NCBI RefSeq assembly: GCF_000981785.2
Contig: NZ_CP011304.1
Span: forward strand, 960,001-992,000
DNA length: 32,000 bases
From: Microcystis aeruginosa NIES-2549
GTDB lineage: Bacteria; Cyanobacteriota; Cyanobacteriia; Cyanobacteriales; Microcystaceae
Direction: 5' to 3'
Shown: positions 1-7,275 of the stretch, piece by piece
Layout: every line of letters starts with the position of its first letter
How positions within the stretch are numbered: position 1 is the first letter of the stretch
Translations under genes and position numbers: made by a program
Notes under the pieces: model-generated
What the model was told of the DNA's origin: nothing
What the model saw: the letters and a program-made list of their open reading frames with translations, nothing else
The model's database searches: none

Positions 1-132
1 GATCGATTCGGGACTATTACCGCTAACATACAGAAGCTGGGCGCGATCATCGGCTTGCAAGCTTTCAGCGCGACGTTGAGCGGCGAACCCTGTGCCAACT
101 ATACCAATTTTTAGGGAACGATGAGAAGTCAT
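1..132 (-). CDS. Gfo/Idh/MocA-family NAD(P)-dependent oxidoreductase, N-terminal 44 codons only (gene runs off left edge)
   Basis: My own minus-strand translation from the ATG at 132 gives MTSHRSLKIGIVGTGFAAQRRAESLQADDRAQLLYVSGNSPESI. The IGIVGTGxxA Rossmann motif is typical of this family. The gene is truncated, so it is absent from the ORF track. Confidence 0.55.
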   Translation of the reverse strand, partial: MTSHRSLKIGIVGTGFAAQRRAESLQADDRAQLLYVSGNSPESI

Positions 133-160
133 CAGGGGCATTCTGGCGACCTTAATTATC

Positions 161-240
161 GGGAAGTGGGGTGTGGGGTGCGGGGAGATGGGGAGAATAA
201 ATAAAAATAATCTCCTGACTCCTGAATCCTGACTCTTGCC
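161..240 (+). repeat. Composite short-tandem-repeat module, G-array-first polarity: GGGG tracts, then GGGGAGAATAAATAAAAATAATC, then (TCCTGAC)n
   Basis: Read directly: gggaagtggggtgtggggtgcggggagatggggagaataaataaaaataatctcctgactcctgaatcctgactc. It is near-identical to the junction at 28991-29040. Confidence 0.9.
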
Positions 241-372
241 TTTCCCAGCTTTATCTTTACAATCAACCCATCTATTATCTCAAAAATAGCGCCCTAAAAG
301 ATGTGGGGGGGGTGAATTCATATTTTGAATGGACAACGCCAATTTTTTACTCCTGTTTAGGGACCGGAACTT

Positions 373-648
373 CTAAACTGCCATCGGTTGTCGGGGAGCA
401 TGACGACTAGGGGAAACCACTACGGGAGTTGGCGACACCGTACAGGTTAATTCTAGAGACTGTTCTAAACTAACCACCCGATTGAGTTGTTGCCATTCAG
501 TGCTAAAAGGAGGCATCGCTAGAGCGCAGGCTTTCCAATGAGCTTCGACGGGAACATCTAGTTGTTGACAAGTGCCACCGCGCCGACCTTGGGTTTGATA
601 GTATCGGCAGTATCGACAGGAAGAAGTAAGAAAGTTTGCGGGTTGCAT
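373..648 (-). CDS. Small conserved-looking hypothetical protein with N-terminal Cys motif (CRYCRYY..GGTCQQL..WKAC)
   Basis: 91-aa ORF with an ATG start. The Cys-rich N-terminal half resembles a small protein family I recall as cyanobacteria-specific. Function is unknown. Confidence 0.5.
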   Translation of the reverse strand: MQPANFLTSSCRYCRYYQTQGRRGGTCQQLDVPVEAHWKACALAMPPFSTEWQQLNRVVSLEQSLELTCTVSPTPVVVSPSRHAPRQPMAV

Positions 649-1036
649 GGGTTGGCTTTAAAAGGAAGATCATTATAGGGAACTCAAGGGATGACTCTCT
701 TTTTGCTCTGTCTAATATTGTCCTACCCCGTGCCAAGGGTATTTTCCTGACTACCATAGCTAGAACTGTTATGCCATATAGTTTTTAGTGATCCCCCCAA
801 AAAATTTTGTTTTTAGAATCTTTTAATAGTTACTTTGCAAAAAGCAGCACTGTCTCAAAACTGAAGAGTTTAACTCAGTTGTGTCCGAGGTTATTGGGTC
901 TAGTATCGGCGATAACAGAACGGGGATCAAGCCTTAGCTCGATAGAATTGATGAATACAGGTTCAATTAAGACAGAAAAGATAGGCCAATTGATTCCCGA
1001 CTCAAAACCACTCTTTCCACAAGACTATAAAAAAAT

Positions 1037-1585
1037 TTAATCTTTTACACCGCCCGACTGGGCAAAACAAAAAGCACAACATTGCCAACGCTCAAGCTCT
1101 CCTGAGGGAGTGGGAGACTGACAACGAGGACAAATCGGCCAAGATCGGGTCCGGTGAACTATTTTCTGGCTCCAACTCTCTAAACTGTCCGGTTGCTGGG
1201 GATTTTCCGGCGGTTTTTCCGGGGTGACATAACTAGGATGATCTCTCAGGGAATTAGGCGCGATCGCTTCTGGGGGAATTAACTGACTATCTTGCTGCCA
1301 ACGGGCAGCAGAAAAGCGGATATCGCTCAGGGGAGTCTCTAACTGACTATTAAGCCGTTTTAATAAGCTATAGCGTTGTAAAGACAATTCCTGTGCTAAA
1401 GCGGCGCTACTGGTAGCCACCGATAAAACCCCACGATTGAGGGAAAAAGGCCGGGTTTGCTCGAGCAGACGGGGATTAATAATTTTTGGCCATAATTGCA
1501 GCACTTGATCATAGTGGCGATATTCTTCCCAACCCCCCTGTTGAGTAATAGCCGCCAAAATTTTGTCAAGAGAATGTAAAGACAT
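1037..1585 (-). CDS. DUF721/DciA-like protein with C-terminal Zn-ribbon
   Basis: 182-aa ORF. The N-terminal part (LDKILAAI..W..IINPRLLEQTRPFSLNRGVLSVATSSAALAQELSLQRYSLLKRLN) matches the DUF721 pattern. The C-terminus has CPRC...CCAFC. Confidence 0.6.
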   Translation of the reverse strand: MSLHSLDKILAAITQQGGWEEYRHYDQVLQLWPKIINPRLLEQTRPFSLNRGVLSVATSSAALAQELSLQRYSLLKRLNSQLETPLSDIRFSAARWQQDSQLIPPEAIAPNSLRDHPSYVTPEKPPENPQQPDSLESWSQKIVHRTRSWPICPRCQSPTPSGELERWQCCAFCFAQSGGVKD

Positions 1586-1679
1586 CTGGAAAATCTAGAG
1601 AGTACCACGTTAGACTAGGACGAAAAAACCCCCTAACTTTTTAGCATAACCTTTAATACCCCTGCCCTAGTCATCTGCC

Positions 1680-2570
1680 ATGAAATCCGATCGATCCCCA
1701 TCCTCCCAAGATTTGCCTCTCTCGATCGTCCATCAGCCCAGTTCAGCCATCGATCCCGCTCAGGAACCAGAATACCTAGAAGCTGCTGTCATTAACGTCT
1801 ATCCCCAAGCTAAAGATATCTTTTTTACCCCTTGGGGTATCGGGGCAATGGCGATCTTTTTAATTGCTAATAGTCTCCTCTCTCTCAATCAATGGTTAAC
1901 CAACACCACCGCTACCCCGAGGAAAGCTGAGAATTCCCCCCGCGAGCAGCACCAAAATAACTCCCGCCACCTCGATCGATTGATAGCGATCGCTCGTCCA
2001 GTACAGAAAACCCCTCAAACCAGTCCGATCGCTAATATTCCCGCTCCTCCCCTTAAAACCAGTCCGATCGCTAACATTCCCGCCCCACCGGTGGTTCAGC
2101 CTCCCCCCAGCGCTGTCAATCTGACTAACGCCCTCTTACCCCCGAATCCGCCACCGTCCCTGATGCCGGCCCATCAATTACCCGTCAGTAAGATCGAGCA
2201 ATCTTTACCCGTCGCCCCCCCGGACCCCGCTACCCCGCCCGTATCTTCCCTAGTTTCCGCACCACCGCCACCACCGCCCCAAGTCACCCCCGTCCCCTCT
2301 CCGGCGGTCATTAACGAACGAATGTTAGAGGAATTGCGCCAAAGAGAAGAATCACCCGCTAATTTACCCTTTTTTCAACGGGAAAAAGCCCGTCGCTTGG
2401 CCAATCAAAACCCACAGGATGCGGCGGAGTTAATGAAACAGTTACCGCCAGAATTACAAGTAGCCCCTTCTCCCAGTAGTCCGCCACCTTCAGAAACAGC
2501 CGATCCCTCCCAGTCCCCCGTCCCTAGTTCTATCATTATTGATAGGAGCGGCACTTCGGTAAACTATTAG
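1680..2570 (+). CDS. Proline-rich single-pass membrane protein, unknown function
   Basis: 296-aa ORF with one hydrophobic helix (FFTPWGIGAMAIFLIANSLLSL) followed by about 200 aa of P/S/A-rich sequence. It contains an internal 39-bp direct repeat (2019-2050 / 2058-2089, TSPIANIPAPP x2). It ends 22 nt before pspA on the same strand. Confidence 0.6.
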   Translation: MKSDRSPSSQDLPLSIVHQPSSAIDPAQEPEYLEAAVINVYPQAKDIFFTPWGIGAMAIFLIANSLLSLNQWLTNTTATPRKAENSPREQHQNNSRHLDRLIAIARPVQKTPQTSPIANIPAPPLKTSPIANIPAPPVVQPPPSAVNLTNALLPPNPPPSLMPAHQLPVSKIEQSLPVAPPDPATPPVSSLVSAPPPPPPQVTPVPSPAVINERMLEELRQREESPANLPFFQREKARRLANQNPQDAAELMKQLPPELQVAPSPSSPPPSETADPSQSPVPSSIIIDRSGTSVNY

Positions 2571-2592
2571 GGTTGGTATCGGGAGGACGGCA

Positions 2593-3249
2593 ATGGGTTT
2601 GTTAGATCGCATGGGCCAAGCAATTCGCGCCCAAGTCAATAGTCTGATTCAGGAAAATCAAGATCCAGAAAAACTGCTGGAAAAGGCGATCTTGGAGATG
2701 GAAGGGGAATTGATCCAAATGCGACAAGCCCTGGCGGCAGCCGTCGCTACCCAGAAACGCACCGAGCGCCAACGACAACAACAGGAAAAAGCCGCCCAAA
2801 CTTGGCACGAACGCGCCCAATTAGCCCTACATCACGGTAACGAGGAACTCGCCCGCCAAGCTCTCAGCCAATGGCAAACCTATCAAAGTCAGATCGCCCC
2901 CCTACAAACCTCCCTGCAACAACAGACGGCTATTATACAAAAATTAAAGAAAGAACTCTTGACAATTGAACGCAAATATGCTGAGATGAAAGCACAGAAA
3001 AGCCTTTATGTGGCCAGATTGCGATCGGCGAGCGCCAGTCAAAAAGCCCAAGAAATTATGGGCAGTTTGAACAGCAGTCAGATGGGGACTATTTTCGAGA
3101 AATTAGAAGCAAAAGTCTTAGAAGCCGAATCCCAAGCCGATTTAATCGGGTATAAAGACCCCTTAGAGCGACAATTCCAAGATTTGGAGGGACAAAAACA
3201 AATTGAAGCGGAATTACTCAAGTTAAAACAAGAAAACTTGGATGGGTGA
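2593..3249 (+). CDS. pspA: PspA/IM30-family protein, short form without the Vipp1 C-terminal extension
   Basis: MGLLDRMGQAIRAQVNSLIQENQDPEKLLEKAILEMEGEL... is the canonical PspA N-terminal amphipathic helix plus coiled coil. A GGAGG RBS lies upstream. Confidence 0.85.
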   Translation: MGLLDRMGQAIRAQVNSLIQENQDPEKLLEKAILEMEGELIQMRQALAAAVATQKRTERQRQQQEKAAQTWHERAQLALHHGNEELARQALSQWQTYQSQIAPLQTSLQQQTAIIQKLKKELLTIERKYAEMKAQKSLYVARLRSASASQKAQEIMGSLNSSQMGTIFEKLEAKVLEAESQADLIGYKDPLERQFQDLEGQKQIEAELLKLKQENLDG

Positions 3250-3250
3250 T

Positions 3251-3350
3251 GTGGGGTGTGGGGTGTAGGGTGTGGGGTGTGGGGAGAAAAAAGCGTTCGA
3301 CAAAAGCTCACGCCGAAGTCTGTCTCCTGACTCTTGACTCCTAACTCCTA
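3251..3350 (+). repeat. Composite repeat module: (GTGGGGT)x5, then GGGGAGAAAAAAGCG.. linker, then (TCCTGAC-like)x4
   Basis: Read directly. It starts right after the pspA stop codon (3247-3249). Confidence 0.9.
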
Positions 3351-3461
3351 TCGCCTATCCTAGCTCCCGTGGTTTATATTAGAGAATGAGCCGTTAGGCA
3401 AGATGGGAAATTTTAAGAACAGTTAACTGATTTAGTACACACCGAGAGGAACAAGAGCGTC

Positions 3462-4235
3462 ATGGGTTTATTCGATCGCCTTAGCCGAGTTGTCCGAGCT
3501 AACCTCAATGATATGGTGAGCAAGGCTGAAGATCCAGAAAAAATGCTGGAACAAGCTGTCAGTGAGATGCAAGAGGATCTAGTACAGGTACGTCAAGCGG
3601 TTGCTAGAGCGATCGCTGAACAACGACAAACGGAACAAAAATACAGTAAAGACCAGTCAGAAGCCAATAAATGGGAACAAAGGGCCAAATTAGCCCTTTC
3701 TAAAGGGGATGAAAATCTCGCCAGGGAAGCTCTTAAACGCAAGAAAGATTGCACGGAAACCGCCGCCATTCTCAAAAATCAACTGGATCAGCAAACGGTA
3801 CAGGTAGATAGTCTGAGAAAAAACTTGATCGCGCTCGAAAGTAAGATTTCTGAGGCAAAAACCAAGAAAAATATGTTAGTAGCTCGCTCCAGAGCCGCAA
3901 AAGCTAACGAACAAGTCCAAAAAACCCTCGGCAGTATCAATACCAGTAGTTCCGTGGCTGCTTTTGAGCGCATGGAAGAAAAAGTTATGCAGTTAGAAGC
4001 TAGTAGTCAAGCTTACGCTGAAATCACTCAGACGGGCATCGAAAATCAATTCGCCGCACTAGAATCAGGTAGCGATGTGGAGGATGAATTAGCACTGCTA
4101 AAAGCACAAATGTCCGGGGGAGCATTACCCGGTACAGCTTCTAGTCAACCCACTTTACCCCAAGCAACCACCGTCAGGGATTCGGTAGTGGATGCAGAAT
4201 TAGAGGAATTGCGATCGAAGTTAAAAGAACTGTAA
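3462..4235 (+). CDS. vipp1: Vipp1/IM30 (vesicle-inducing protein in plastids 1 homologue)
   Basis: MGLFDRLSRVVRANLNDMVSKAEDPEKMLEQAV... is a PspA-type core. It is followed by the Vipp1-specific C-terminal extension ending VVDAELEELRSKLKEL. Confidence 0.9.
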   Translation: MGLFDRLSRVVRANLNDMVSKAEDPEKMLEQAVSEMQEDLVQVRQAVARAIAEQRQTEQKYSKDQSEANKWEQRAKLALSKGDENLAREALKRKKDCTETAAILKNQLDQQTVQVDSLRKNLIALESKISEAKTKKNMLVARSRAAKANEQVQKTLGSINTSSSVAAFERMEEKVMQLEASSQAYAEITQTGIENQFAALESGSDVEDELALLKAQMSGGALPGTASSQPTLPQATTVRDSVVDAELEELRSKLKEL

Positions 4236-4250
4236 AACTTTGAGAGCGTC

Positions 4251-4284
4251 GAGACGTACTATCTACGGTACGTCTCTATTTATT
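4251..4284 (+). terminator. Rho-independent terminator candidate after vipp1
   Basis: 9-bp stem gagacgtac (4251-4259) / gtacgtctc (4268-4276) with an 8-nt loop, followed by tatttatt. Confidence 0.6.
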
Positions 4285-4570
4285 AATTTTGTTGTTGAGA
4301 TAGGGAATAAGCTAAAACGCATTTTAACCGCCTATCCTTAGATTAGTTCTCTCCTCCGACGTCGGGGTAGGGTTGATTCATGAATCAACCCTACTATGAA
4401 TCAACCCTACTATGAATCAACCCTACTATGAATCAACCCTACTATGAATTAACCCTAACATGAATTAACCCTAACATGAATCAACCCTACTATGAATTAA
4501 CCCTACTATGAATTAACCCTAGGGGCAAGGGGGGGTGTTGCCTCTTGGCTCATCTCAACAAGCAATTTAA
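4283..4570. mobile_element. MITE-like element bounded by 19-nt imperfect terminal inverted repeats, carrying a 16-mer tandem array
   Basis: The left end is ttaattttgttgttgagat (4283-4301). The reverse complement of the right end (4552-4570) is ttaaattgcttgttgagat, a 16/19 match. No coding capacity. Confidence 0.45.
4380..4523. repeat. 16-bp tandem repeat x9 (ATGAATCAACCCTACT and ATGAATTAACCCTAAC variants)
   Basis: Counted directly: nine head-to-tail units with no spacers. The first unit forms a palindrome with the preceding gtagggttgattcat. Confidence 0.95.
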
Positions 4571-4617
4571 ATACTTAACATCTTCTTAATTGCTACTCAT
4601 AATTAACCATCACTATT

Positions 4618-5338
4618 ATGCGGGATGATTTATCTAATTTACGCTCCTCAATTATCGAAGTAATTGCCTTACAAAAAAGAGCCGAGCAACAGTACAACCA
4701 AGCACAAGCTGAGGTTTTAAAATGGCAAGAAAGAGTTAAACTCGCCCTAGATAAAGGTGATGAGTCTCTGGCACAAGAAGCTAATATAAAGAAAAAACAT
4801 CACATTAATACCGCAAATATTATTAAAAATCAACTGGAAAAACTGAATATCCAAGTTGATAAACTGAAAGAAAAATTGCCGATTTTAGAAAGAAAGATTA
4901 ACGAAAAAAGTATCGGCAGTATAGATACTATTTACCCTTCAGCTTTTGAGCGCATGGAAGCAAAATTTATGCAGTTAGAATCCAGTAGTCAAGCGATTGG
5001 TGAATTGAGTCCTAGCGACATGGAACGGGGGTTCTTCTAGATTCTGTGTGATAAGTTTAACTTACTATATGATCGATCGATCTTTGTGTCCTTTGTGTCT
5101 CTGTGGTTCGTTCCACTCACTGCCCCAAGACTGTATCTTAGAATACATTTTACCCACCAAACCTGGGAGAGCCGAACGGGTATTCGTTGGACTAGAAGCG
5201 AGTAGCGATGTGGATGATGAATTAGCACTGCTAAAAGCACAAATGTTACTGGGTAAAACTGCCTATCCACCTACCGTCAGGGATTCGGTAGTGGATGCAG
5301 AATTAGAGGAATTGCGATCGAAGTTAAAAGAACTGTAA
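4618..5338 (+). pseudogene. Third PspA/Vipp1-family copy, N-terminally truncated, internally shortened and split by a MITE
   Basis: ORF 4618-5040 aligns to vipp1 from about residue 36 (KWQERVKLALDKGDESLAQEA vs KWEQRAKLALSKGDENLAREA). ORF 5048-5338 ends with the Vipp1 tail SSDVDDELALLKAQM...VVDAELEELRSKLKEL. The two parts are in different frames, separated by a 144-bp insertion. Confidence 0.75.
5030..5173. mobile_element. 144-bp MITE (family 1), flanked by a 7-bp target-site duplication GAACGGG
   Basis: GAACGGG occurs at 5023-5029 and 5174-5180. The ends are ggttcttct... and ...gggagagcc (imperfect TIR). A second copy in opposite orientation lies at 11549-11693, with long identical blocks (tgtgtgataagtttaac, atctttgtgtcctttgtgtct, tgtggttcgttccactc, tatcttagaatacattttacccaccaaacc). 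Confidence 0.8.
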
Positions 5339-5693
5339 AACTTTGAGATTGTCGAGACGTATTACAGCCCGTCTCATCAATATGAAGTATAACTTAATCT
5401 GGTATCTACGAGCGAAGAGCGGCTAATCTTAAGCGTTTTGGCGTTTCCCAGAACAAAAACTTTGTACCTCATCATTAGAAAAAAATCCCCAAGCAATGCC
5501 GCTCAAAACCCTTTAATTCTGAAGATAATCCTAAGATTCAGCCCGAAAAAGAGCCAGAAAGGTGAGGATAGCTAGGATGGAAGTGAAAAGCAATTTTGAC
5601 TCGAAATTATCCCAAGGGATCGATCGCATTTAACGAAACCCTTACCCTAACAGCATAAGACAAGAGAAGGACTTATTAAGGAGAAACCCAGCC

Positions 5694-6842
5694 ATGAAAA
5701 TCGGCGTAATCAAAGAAAGTGACCAAGGCGAGGCGCGGGTGGCGCTAGTGCCGGATACCGTCGCCCGTTTAGTCAAGGCGGGATTTGAGGTAATTGTCCA
5801 AAATGGGGCGGGAATTAGCGCTAACTTTGCCGATAGTGCCTATAGTGCCGTGGGTGCTGCCCTGAGCGAAAACAGCGAATATATCTATGAAACTGCCGAT
5901 ATTATTCTCAAAGTCGTCCCTCCTAGCGATAGCGAGATCGATCGCCTGAAAGGTGGCGGTATCCTCATCGGCTTTCTCGATCCCCTGCGTCAACCCCGGC
6001 GCATTGCCAAATTAGCCGATCGCGGAATAACCGCTTTGAGCATGGAATTAATTCCCCGCAGTAGTCGCGCCCAGAGCATGGATGCCCTCTCCTCTCAGGC
6101 TAACCTCGCCGGTTACAAAGCGGTACTCCTCGCCGCCGTTGAGCTGCCGAAAATGTTCCCGATGATGACTACCGCCGCCGGTACGATCGCCCCCGCCAAA
6201 GTGCTGGTATTGGGGGCAGGAGTTGCTGGATTGCAAGCTTGCGCTACCGCCCGCCGTTTGGGGGCAGTGGTGGAGGCTTTTGATATTCGTCCCCAAGTCA
6301 AAGAAGAAGTACAGAGTGTCGGGGCGAAATTTATTGAAATGCCCCTAGAAGAAGATACCGTCGCCGATAACGGTTATGCCAAAGAGGTTTCTCTTAGCAC
6401 ACAGGAGCGCATTTGTCAAGCCCTAACGGAACCAATTAAGCGGGCTGATGTGGTGATCACCACGGCCCAAGTACCGGGGAAACAGGCCCCGCTGCTAGTC
6501 ACCAAAGAAATGATCGCCACCATGAAACCGGGGTCGGTAATCGTTGATTTAGCGGCGGAACAGGGCGGAAATTGCGCCTACACCCAACCGGGACGAGAAA
6601 TCATCGAAAATGGGGTAAAAATCGTCGGAGCCGTTAATCTTCCTGCCACAGTGGCCACCAATGCCAGCCAGATGTACGCCAAAAACCTGCAAATGCTGCT
6701 ACAGCTTCTAGTCAGCAAAGAGGGCAGTTTAAACCTCGATTTTGCCGATGACATCATTGATAGTGCCTGTGTCACCCACGCTGGCGAAATCCGCAACCAA
6801 CGCATTAAATCCGCCCTCAGTGAACAGTTATCAGCTTTTTAG
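5694..6842 (+). CDS. pntA: NAD(P) transhydrogenase subunit alpha part 1 (PntAA, dI domain)
   Basis: The 382-aa ORF has alanine-dehydrogenase/PNT-type motifs (MKIGVIKE...EARVALVP, VLVLGAGVAGLQA Rossmann). An AAGGAG RBS sits at 5679-5684. pntAB and pntB follow. Confidence 0.9.
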   Translation: MKIGVIKESDQGEARVALVPDTVARLVKAGFEVIVQNGAGISANFADSAYSAVGAALSENSEYIYETADIILKVVPPSDSEIDRLKGGGILIGFLDPLRQPRRIAKLADRGITALSMELIPRSSRAQSMDALSSQANLAGYKAVLLAAVELPKMFPMMTTAAGTIAPAKVLVLGAGVAGLQACATARRLGAVVEAFDIRPQVKEEVQSVGAKFIEMPLEEDTVADNGYAKEVSLSTQERICQALTEPIKRADVVITTAQVPGKQAPLLVTKEMIATMKPGSVIVDLAAEQGGNCAYTQPGREIIENGVKIVGAVNLPATVATNASQMYAKNLQMLLQLLVSKEGSLNLDFADDIIDSACVTHAGEIRNQRIKSALSEQLSAF

Positions 6843-6845
6843 CTA

Positions 6846-6951
6846 TCAGGATTCAGGAGGCAGGAGTCAGGAGTCAGGAGGCAGTATTCTCCCCACACCC
6901 CACACCCCACACCCCACACCCCACACCCCACACCCCACTTCCCCAATCCCC
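6846..6951 (-). repeat. Composite repeat module (inverted polarity): (CAGGAGT-like)x5, GCAGTATTCTCCCC, then (CCCCACA)x6 plus 3 degenerate C4 tracts
   Basis: Read and counted directly. It fills almost the whole 136-nt pntAA-pntAB spacer. Confidence 0.95.
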
Positions 6952-6978
6952 AAACCCTATCCCCTATTTCTTTAACCA

Positions 6979-7275
6979 ATGACTGCCCAACTTTTAACCG
7001 CTTTAGTGGTATTTGTCCTCGCTTCCTTTGTCGGTTTCGAGGTGATCAATAAAGTCCCTCCCACTCTCCATACACCCCTGATGTCGGGAGCCAATGCAAT
7101 TTCAGGTATCGCCGTTGTCGGTGCGCTCCTCATCGCCGGAGGCACGGATTGGCACGAATTAACCGTAATTTTAGGGTTAATTGCCGTTATTTTGGCGATG
7201 GTTAACGTGGTCGGTGGTTTTGTCGTTACCGATCGAATGCTGCAAATGTTCAAGAAAAAAGAGGCTAAATCATGA
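6979..7275 (+). CDS. pntA: NAD(P) transhydrogenase subunit alpha part 2 (PntAB, membrane)
   Basis: 98-aa protein with three hydrophobic helices (LHTPLMSGANAISGIAVVGA motif). Its stop overlaps the pntB start (ATGA). Confidence 0.85.
   Translation: MTAQLLTALVVFVLASFVGFEVINKVPPTLHTPLMSGANAISGIAVVGALLIAGGTDWHELTVILGLIAVILAMVNVVGGFVVTDRMLQMFKKKEAKS

Noticed and set aside
807-1040. 77-aa + strand ORF in the 650-1036 gap
   Set aside because: It has a TTG start, no RBS and no recognisable motif, and it overlaps the stop of the convergent DUF721 gene. I could not support it as coding. The gap may hold regulatory or non-coding sequence, but I saw no RNA-family signature.
4380-4523. Possible CRISPR array (regular short repeats)
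   Set aside because: The units are contiguous with no spacers, the 16-bp period is too short, and no cas genes are present. The heptamer and octamer arrays likewise have no spacers.
5100-5122. tRNA-like T-arm string (gtggttcgttccac) inside the family-1 MITE
   Set aside because: It is only a short resemblance to GGTTCGAATCC. No acceptor, D or anticodon arms can be drawn around it, and the same string occurs in the second MITE copy.
6742-6975. 77-aa + strand ORF spanning the pntAA 3' end and the repeat spacer (same artefact as 3078-3311, 10631-10822, 14177-14428 and 14219-14410)
   Set aside because: The reading frames are created by heptamer arrays (..TPHTPHPTPH.., ..KGKRQKAKGKRQ..). They overlap well-supported genes or lie wholly in repeats and are low-complexity.
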